A DNA stretch of 64,000 nucleotides, from assembly GCA_051294375.1 (NCBI GenBank), contig CM119267.1:16699189-16763188 (forward strand), read 5' to 3'. Each line of letters opens with the position of its first letter. Within the stretch, counting starts at the first letter, position 1. The stretch comes from Paraspadella gotoi (lineage: Eukaryota; Animalia; Chaetognatha). Made by a program: the position numbers and the translations under genes. A model generated the notes under the pieces. It was not told the DNA's origin and made no database searches. It worked only from the letters and a program-made list of their open reading frames with translations. Below are positions 56,392 through 64,000 of the stretch, piece after piece.

Positions 56392-57076
56392 GTATCCTTT
56401 TAAATTTAATTATTCACTTCACTTAGCCTTTTGTTTTGTCTTAATATAAGACGCAAATTCTTCATACACCTTAACAAAGCATCGGCAAAATGGTTCATTA
56501 ATTTTTCTAAAATAAATTTTTAGTTGACAATTACTAACTATCTGTGAGCTATCCTATATTTTGAAGAGATCATAGCTTAAAATGCCCAAAATTGTCCACC
56601 AAAAAAAAAAGTTTCCCCTATTTTGGGTGAATTTCAAGTCTCCGCGCGCGCGCGCGTCCTCAATCCCTTGTAGTTTCTGTCCCCTTAAAGGTTTCAGCCT
56701 TGAGTGGAAAGTTTCGACATTGAATTTAGATTTTTGCTCTGCGTGAATATGAAATGATTTCAGGGAGACAGGTAATCAAAAAAAAAAGAGAGGGACGCGT
56801 GAGGGAGATGAGAAAATAAAGAGGAAGAGGAAAGCGCGAAATGTGTAACAAGAAAGATTCCGAAGAATAAATTAATTGACGGAGTAATTAGCTCGGTAAT
56901 TAGCGGTGATTAATAGGTTCAAGATTAATTTCTATCAATATGTTGAAGTTATGACAAAAGGAAAGATAACGAATATAGATTTCGAAACTAGAAAAGAAAG
57001 AATTGAACATCTTAGGGCCTCAAATTCAACCCAGAGATAAAAAATGTGAGGTCGCTAGATAAAAAGAGAAACATAA

Positions 57077-57129
<53 letters not shown>

Positions 57130-57414
57130 AACCTGACATGAGAAGTCGTTGGGTTGGACGGTGAGACAATTTCGAGAAAGAGAAGAGAGATGACAGGAAA
57201 GGGGAAAGGAAGAAGGAAAAGAGAGGAAGGAGAAAAGAGGAGAGGAAGGTCAATGAGAGAAGTGATGACCTTCGTTGGATGTAGTAGAAACGAAATAGAA
57301 AGGGAAGAGAACCAGAAAGGAGACAAATGGCATCCAAATTTAGCAAAAAGAACGACACGTGAAAAAATTTAAAATAAATAAAATGTTAGTTGTAACAGAG
57401 TCGGGCTATCTACT

Positions 57415-57491
57415 AATGAATGTAAACTGTTTGAAACTGAACAGAATATACACTGTATATTCCGTTCAGTTTCAAACAGTTTACATTCATT
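57415..57491. repeat. Near-perfect 77-bp palindrome (38-bp arms, one mismatch)
   Basis: aatgaatgtaaactgtttgaaactgaacagaatataca-c-tgtatattccgttcagtttcaaacagtttacattcatt. Confidence 0.95.
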
Positions 57492-57789
57492 CGTAGTCTA
57501 CAGTATATTATATAAATATATATATATATATTGTATATTATACAGTCTCGTTGCGTGATTAAAAAAAGTCGACCGGTGAAAAATAAGGTAAAGTTCGCGC
57601 CAAAAAAGAATATCAATAATAAGTAATTAAGTATAATCGTAAAAAAGGCACTAGTTGCCAAAAAAAGTGAGATAAAAAAAATCGAAGGTAAGGAAGGTGT
57701 GTCAGAGAGAGAGAGAGAGAAGGAGGAGAGGAGAGAGACGCGAGCGCACGAGAGAGTGACTGTGACATCATCTGACGTCCGGACTATGG

Positions 57790-59075
57790 CATCAGGGCTC
57801 CGCATAGCGTGCCGTGAGGTGCGCCAGCGATCCCTAACCGCGTGCGACCAGCGGGCACGGGCCAATGCTCTGCCCGTATGAGCGGCTGCGCTGGCTCCAC
57901 AGCTATTTGAAAGACATGAGTCGTAGGAGTCTCTCCGCGCCCACGAGGACTCCCGTCCGGCGTCACTCGTGGGCCATGCAGGAGGAGGGGCGGGGATACT
58001 GGGTGGACATTTCTTCGTGTACCCTGGAGACGGTCCCGGCCTCGACCCGAGAGGCGGTACAGCAGAGCGCCGCCGGATTGCTCAGAACCGCGATCCCTTC
58101 TTCGCGGGGCGTGATGCGGTAGGGGCTGAGGGGGACAAAAAGGGTCGAGACAAGAGAATCTATAGCATGAAACGGGGCCGGGCGGTGTTCGGAAGGCAGG
58201 GGATAGGTGAAGCAGCCCCGTCCCGGAGGTGGGAGGTCCTGGGGATAGGAGGATCGACAGGCGGTTCGGAGGGAGATGAGGACGGAGAGAGGAGGAAGGA
58301 GGGAGGGATGGACGGTGAGTAAACGAGAAGACTTGCAGTATGAGCAAAGACGTAGACGCCGCGTTGGGGCGCGGGGAAAGAGGGCGGCGTTAGAGTGAGA
58401 CAATCGGAGAGGAAGGCGGGTAAGACAGGTGACGAGGAGACTCCAGACGACGCCATGAGGAGTATACGTGTAGAGGAGAGAATTGACCGACGCTGAGGAA
58501 GGACGCGGAAGACTGAAGTGGGCTGAAAGTGCTGGGAACGTGTAGGGACATGTAAGCCTCGACCCAGCGTCTAGGAGATGATCGCGCCGTCAGTAGCAGG
58601 GAGGGATGTTAAAACAGCGAATCCGAGGTCGGATAGAGTTAGTCCAGATCGGCGCTGCGTGTGTTCGAGACAAAGCTCGACATATGTAGAGACCACAGGC
58701 TGCGCCCTCAAACACAATCTTAGCATATTGCCTCTAGGTTCGAGAGGGAGGTGGTGTAACACCACTGGCACACACATCTCTCACGTCGCCGGTGGATCTC
58801 AGCCATCGGGCTCGCTACTGATGCTACGGGGGCTCGAGATCCGAGTTAGTCAGGTGACACTATAACCGCGGGGACCGCCGCCGAAATGTCCAGTACTGAG
58901 CCCTAGCTGCGGTCATCCACGATCTCATTCGCTGAGGGCGTCGGCCCGCTCTATCGTCGTTCACCTAGACTGTCAAGGACGAGATGGACGCCAGACCATT
59001 GATAGCTGGTGACCGCAGAAGCTTTGGCTCTACGCAAGTCCGCAACCACCGCGCTGGACACGAGGGATTTAATCA
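57790..59075 (+). mobile_element. Degraded or error-rich non-LTR retrotransposon RT-like fragment
   Basis: GC-rich block between GA tracts. Ordered motif echoes: GMDG (~58305), KTGD…MRSIRV (~58420-58470), DVKTA (~58605), GGSQP…SLL (~58790), SFAEGV (~58925), FNHE (~59068). These parallel the RT motifs PGxDG, RPI, DxxKAFD, QG..LS, FADD and N..K. Confidence 0.4.
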
Positions 59076-59087
59076 CGAGGAGAGGAG

Positions 59088-59143
<56 letters not shown>

Positions 59144-59270
59144 CCGAGGGCCAGATTCTAAAAGAGCTAAAAACGAGATGCGTCACGTTGCTAGGCTACG
59201 GATAGATTTTGGTCGCGTCGCGTCATTCCTTGTCGTTCCATGTCGAATTGGGGCCAGGGGTCGAGGGAAG

Positions 59271-59346
<76 letters not shown>

Positions 59347-59462
59347 ATGTCAGGTGGTTTTCTCATAAATCGGCTTGTTTCGTACAATTTCCCTAAGACG
59401 ACTTTCTGTCACAATGAAACGGATTTGAGATTCTCTCTCTCGTCTCTTCTCTCTCTCCTCTC

Positions 59463-59502
<40 letters not shown>

Positions 59503-59991
59503 CACTCCCCAGTGGGGAAGTCCCCACTCCCTCCCTTTCTCTCAATTTTAACGCCGGCTTGAATTCAAATGACATTTTCTCTATCTTTCCGTTGTTCCAC
59601 AGATGTTGGTCGCTCGTTTTATTCCATCACATCGACTTCTCGTGGCGCAATAATCGCGAGCGTGAAAGTTTTCATTTCCAACCATCAAAGATCCTTTAGT
59701 TGTCCCCCGATTTGTGTCACTTGAACTTTTTTTGATTTCCACCTTGATTCTTTTTTTTTAGTTTCGTTTGGGAAATTCGGTGTAGGAATTTCTAATGAGT
59801 CAAATTATAGTTATATTGTCAAATTATCTAATTGTATAGTTTAATTATGATTATCGTTGCGTCATAGAGCGACAGAGATTTGCTTTGTAGTGTTTTGCAT
59901 TCGCTAACTTTTTTTAATTACAATTAAGAGGGAAAATGGATATTTCCGACTTCAAAATTTGCATAGCAAATTTTTCGAACCAAAATGAAAG

Positions 59992-60128
59992 AAAATTGTC
60001 GCGAATCAGCAAGATCGAGTCATTGACGCCGATGAAAAACAAAATGGCGGCCTCAGTTCAATCGGCGTCGCCGGCGTCGTTGTTGCAGACATTGAAAATC
60101 GGCGTCTTCGATCTCACAACTTGCTTTT
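59992..60128 (+). CDS. Candidate exon of the + gene ending at 60982; 5' boundary uncertain
   Basis: KIVANQQDRVIDADEKQNGGLSSIGVAGVVVADIENRRLRSHNLL followed by a phase-2 donor GTATGT at 60129. Confidence 0.4.
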
Positions 60129-60526
60129 GTATGTAACCGCTGTAACCGCTCCGTAATGGAAAGAACAAGTATTTTAATAATTTTTTTTTTCTTTCTTCTT
60201 TCTTTTTTATTTTCTTCTCTTTTTATTTCTTTCTTTCTCTCTTGTTTTCTTTCTCTTCTATTCTCTTTCAATCATTCTTTCTTTTTTCTCACTCTCTTTC
60301 TTTCAATTTTATTTTCTTTCTTTGACTTTATCTTGCTTTCTTTTTCTTTTTTTTTTTCTTCTCTATTTCGACTCTACTTTCGACCCTCGACCTCGGAATC
60401 CCGGTCCCTCGGTCTCTCCCTTGATTCCCTCATATCTTTTTGGTCTTTTCCCTTCCTTTATTTCTTTAGATCTCTCTTTCGCTCTTTCCCTGCAGGTTCT
60501 TTAATTCTTTTCTCTATCCTAATTAG

Positions 60527-60604
60527 TCCACTCACTCTTGTTTCCACGCCTCCGAAAACTCCTCTTCCACGCTCCAAATCAATGTCTCAGATGAAGTCTG
60601 AGGA
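60527..60604 (+). CDS. 78-nt symmetric (phase 2-2) exon
   Basis: Pyrimidine tract…aattag| PLTLVSTPPKTPLPRSKSMSQMKSE |gtaagg. Confidence 0.55.
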
Positions 60605-60820
60605 GTAAGGCATAATGGTTTTTTTTTTTAACTTAACGCCGATCTCAACTAAATTTTTTTTGCGAAGTCAATTTTGGTTCTAATTTTGCATTACAAAAAT
60701 CATCACGTCTTTGAATTTCGCGAATTCTACTACTTTTCCTGGATTTTCCTTCATTTATTTTGATTTATTGCATTGATTTTGCCTTCCAACATTTACTTGA
60801 GCCAGTTGAATTCACGTTAG

Positions 60821-60867
60821 GAAACCGGTTAGAGATCGACGCCTGAGCTCATCTCTTGATTCGCTGG
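60821..60867 (+). CDS. Small exon with a probable GC donor
   Basis: gttag| phase matches the previous exon; reads KPVRDRRLSSSLDSL G|GCGAGA. Confidence 0.45.
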
Positions 60868-60926
60868 GCGAGAGAGACAATTCTCTACACATTCTATTAT
60901 TTTTATTTCTTTTGTTTGCTATTTAG

Positions 60927-60982
60927 TTTCAACAAAATTCTGCCGTCAAACATCTGCTTCCTCTTCGAACCTTTTGTCTTGA
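60927..60982 (+). CDS. Probable terminal exon
   Basis: tttgtttgctatttag| phase 1; reads VSTKFCRQTSASSSNLLS then TGA. Confidence 0.45.
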
Positions 60983-61548
60983 CGACAACAAAAAAAAGAA
61001 TTTCTCAATAGCAACGATCAATTCGTTTCCTGCGATGATAGAACCTAAATGTAAAAATCCAAAAACATAAAATATAAAATTGCATTCCGTTAAAATACTG
61101 GAACTTACTATACTGCGACGGAAAAAAAAGTAGCCACTTGTTTCACACCAAGAAAAACTATATTGATAATTATATTGATACTGTAGAAGACGAAAATATG
61201 AGAAAATAAAGGTAGGAAAAAAGGTGAAGAATTGTGACGATGTAAGAGAAGTAGAAAAGAAGTGAGACGAGCTCTCTCCTGATCCACTTTTATCATCGCC
61301 CGGACCAACTTGACCTTACGGTCGCCTCGGCCCTATTACTGTGTCCGGTCAATCTAAGATCATTGCCAAAGCTAGGGCAAAGTGACCGTGTGGATAGACT
61401 GGCTCGGAGAAAGAGGAGAGAGGAAGGGTTTAGAGAGAGAGACCGGTGGTAAGTCGCCTCAATACCTGAATTTCACAATATAGATATATAAAATAAAGCG
61501 TATTGAAAGCTGAAGCGATTGGTCTAAGTCCCAATAAAATCATGACTT

Positions 61549-61734
61549 TCCAGGTTAACGCCCTGCTCCTTCCTCGGTCCGCCTATCTCGTACACAATGT
61601 TATATTTTGAAAAAGGGCCTCCAGGTTAACGCCCTGCTCCTTCCTCGGTCCGCCTATCTCGTACACAATGTTATATTTTGAAAAAGGGCCTCCAGGTTAA
61701 CGCCCTGCTCCTTCCTCGGTCCGCCTATCTCGTA
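61549..61734 (+). repeat. 71-bp perfect tandem repeat, ~2.6 copies
   Basis: ccaggttaacgccctgctccttcctcggtccgcctatctcgta begins at 61550, 61621 and 61692. Confidence 0.97.
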
Positions 61735-62196
61735 TAGGGAAATTTCCCCTATTATTGAATATTTATAATATGATTTTAGTTGAACAAATTCAGCATCAAA
61801 TATCTGTAGGGATAGGTATCAACCATATTTAACCTAAATTAAATGAAAATAAGTATGGAAATTACATGGAAAAACAATCTTTTAAAAGTAATGAAAAAGC
61901 AATTGAGTGATAACTTACCCGAGGTTACTTTTAAAGCTATTTCATATCTAAATTTTTTATCTTATGGCATCTTATATTAAAACTCTCATATTTATATTAA
62001 AACTATTTTTGTTATTTTTGTCATAGAATTATATTTAGATTGATATTTTTTTTAAAAATGATTTTTTTTAATATTTATTATATTTGCAGAGATTAAAAAA
62101 ATATTTTTATAGAAAACTAAAGATTTTCTGAAAATATTTTTTAGAAGGTACCATTTTGATTTCGTATAAACATTGTCACATAAGCTTCGATCGACC

Positions 62197-62440
62197 ATGT
62201 TGCCTGTATTATTGCTGATCAATTGCGTTATGTCCATCATAGACATTGGCACAGATTCCAATGTCGCCTTTAAATACTTGAGATCGACTGAAATTGAGAT
62301 GGCGTCCGTGGGAAAAGCGTTGCTGGCCGTCTTGTTTGTGCACTGTGGAATCTCGGCCGCTTATGGACTTTGGTTCCTGCGTAAAAACCGAAATCATTTC
62401 CCAAGGATCTTTAGGAACTGGAAGACAAAATGGACAACGG
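62197..62440 (+). CDS. XK-related (XKR-like) membrane protein, coding exon 1
   Basis: ACCATG start; MLPVLLLINCVMSIIDIGTDSNVAFKY matches the XK-family TM1 D-x-x-T-D-x-x-x-A-x-x-Y pattern. A second hydrophobic segment LLAVLFVHCGISAAYGLWF follows, then a phase-1 donor G|GTAAAA. Confidence 0.7.
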
Positions 62441-62602
62441 GTAAAATAAAGGCTGATAAAGATAGAAAATGATTACAGAGGTGGATGAATTTAATAATTC
62501 AATAACTTATGTTGTTTACACTAAGATTATTTTTTGGTCAATTTTTTTTAAACTTTCAAATTAATTAATTCAATTTTAAAATTTTTTTATCTCTTTTACC
62601 AG

Positions 62603-62694
62603 TAATTCTACATTTAATTGGGCTGGGATCTATACCGATAGGCATCGATTGTTACCTTGACTTGGAGAAGTTTTCAAGATCGCCCCACAATATA
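62603..62694 (+). CDS. XKR-like gene, coding exon 2
   Basis: ctcttttaccag| phase 1; reads VILHLIGLGSIPIGIDCYLDLEKFSRSPHNI (cf. XKR 'LHLLQLG'), then donor GTCAGT. Confidence 0.65.
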
Positions 62695-62883
62695 GTCAGT
62701 ATTGATATAAAAATAGTTTTTTTCCATTCATTCTATACATAAATGTCTCTAAAGATCTGAAAATGATACAATTTTAGAAAATTAAAATTTAGCATATAAA
62801 ATTTAAAGATAAAAACCAATAAAAATACTTTGGTAAATTTATTTTTTAGTTTAATTTTATATATTTACGAGGGACCAGTAAGC

Positions 62884-63773
62884 TATATTTATATATTTAT
62901 TATCATATATTTATATTATATTTATATCATTATACTATTTAATATAGAGTAATAAGTATACTAATAGGCTAAAAATTCAATTGCAATATATTTAACTTTT
63001 TAAGATAGGATTTGGATTCCTTGCAAAAAGTTTGAATGTAGCAATGTATAAAAAATTCGTTTCAGTAAGTTAAATATAAAAAAACTTTAATTTAAGCAAC
63101 GCGATTTTTAATTTTCTAACTTAAAAATATAGTTATTTTATAATTTTAACTACTTAAAATCAACATAATTTTTTGAAAAAGAGTGTTATATTTTTCCTTT
63201 AATCACTTAAACAGAGGAATCCTGAATCTATTTTCAGACAATTTAAAAAAAAACATGTGTTAAAAAATTTTCATGATATATAATATAAAGTATTACTATA
63301 TACAAAATAAGCTGTCTGGGCTACTATATTTGTAAAAAAAGTNNNNNNNNNNNNNNNNNNNNNNNNNATATATTTATATATTTATATATTTATATAGAGT
63401 AATAAGTATATAATAGGCTAAAAATTCAAATTGCAAATTTTTAACTTTTAAGATAGGATTTGGATTCCTTGCAAAAAGTTTGAATGTAGCAATGTATAAA
63501 AAATTCGTTTCAGTAAGTTAAATATAAAAAAACTTTAATTTAAGCAACGCGATTTTTAATTTTCTAACTTAAAAATATAGTTATTTTATAATTTTAACTA
63601 CTTAAAATCAACATAATTTTTTGAAAAAGATTTATATTTTCCTTTATCAACTTTTAACGAGGAATCTGAATCTATTTTCAGAATTTAAAAAAAAACATTT
63701 TAAAATTTTCATATTATATAAAAGTATTACTATATACAAAATAAGCTGTCTGGGCTTCTATATTTGTAAAAAA
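62884..63773. repeat. Direct duplication (~62884-63342 vs 63368-63773) across a 25-N gap
   Basis: atatagagtaataagtata…tatacaaaataagctgtctgggct in both copies. Confidence 0.95.
63005..63064 (+). CDS. XKR-like gene, coding exon 3 (identical copy at 63453-63512)
   Basis: ttttaag| IGFGFLAKSLNVAMYKKFVS |GTAAGT, phase 0-0. The gene presumably continues beyond the window. Confidence 0.55.
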
Positions 63774-64000
63774 AGAAAAATAACGAGATTAATATTCACT
63801 AAAATGATAGTTTTCAAGATATAACTGTTAAAATTTGATTTCAAACTTTCATTTCACCCTAATATTTACATCTTTTTTACGTGCTACTTTTTAAAATTAT
63901 AAGCTTTAATGATTTCTTTTGTATCAATAGTTGACCTTTGAAATGAAAACAATATTGGAAACGAATCTGAATTATCTTCATATCTTCTTTGAAGCTTTTC

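Noticed and set aside
61549-61734. CRISPR-like repeat-spacer appearance (three 43-bp repeats)
   Set aside because: The 'spacers' are identical, so it is a plain 71-bp tandem repeat. The context is eukaryotic with no cas genes.

Overview
Eukaryotic, most likely invertebrate-animal, genomic DNA from a draft assembly. It is AT-rich, shows no CpG depletion, and is saturated with (GA/TC)n, (TCG/GAC)n, (GAAA)n and (TTCC)n microsatellites, with many N gaps. Almost all ORFs in the supplied track are translations of microsatellites or gaps. Supportable content: (i) the first three coding exons of an XK-related (XKR-like) membrane protein gene on + at 62197-63064; (ii) the 3' exon chain of an unidentified + gene ending at 60982, including a probable GC-AG intron; (iii) a clear first coding exon on - at 48331-47899 and several weaker candidate exons; (iv) transposon debris: two copies of a DINE-1/HINE-like element, a tRNA-headed SINE, a degraded non-LTR RT fragment, a possible ISL2EU/Harbinger transposase scrap and MITE-like hairpins; (v) a near-perfect 77-bp palindrome, a 71-bp tandem repeat and a ~5-kb degenerate mirror region; (vi) several 0.4-1 kb local duplications that differ mainly by 1-bp indels and often flank 25-N gaps, most likely long-read gap-filling artefacts. 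I found no convincing novel multi-gene system, CRISPR array, rRNA or complete tRNA. The findings are leads, not discoveries, and all protein-family calls are motif matches by eye with no database search.
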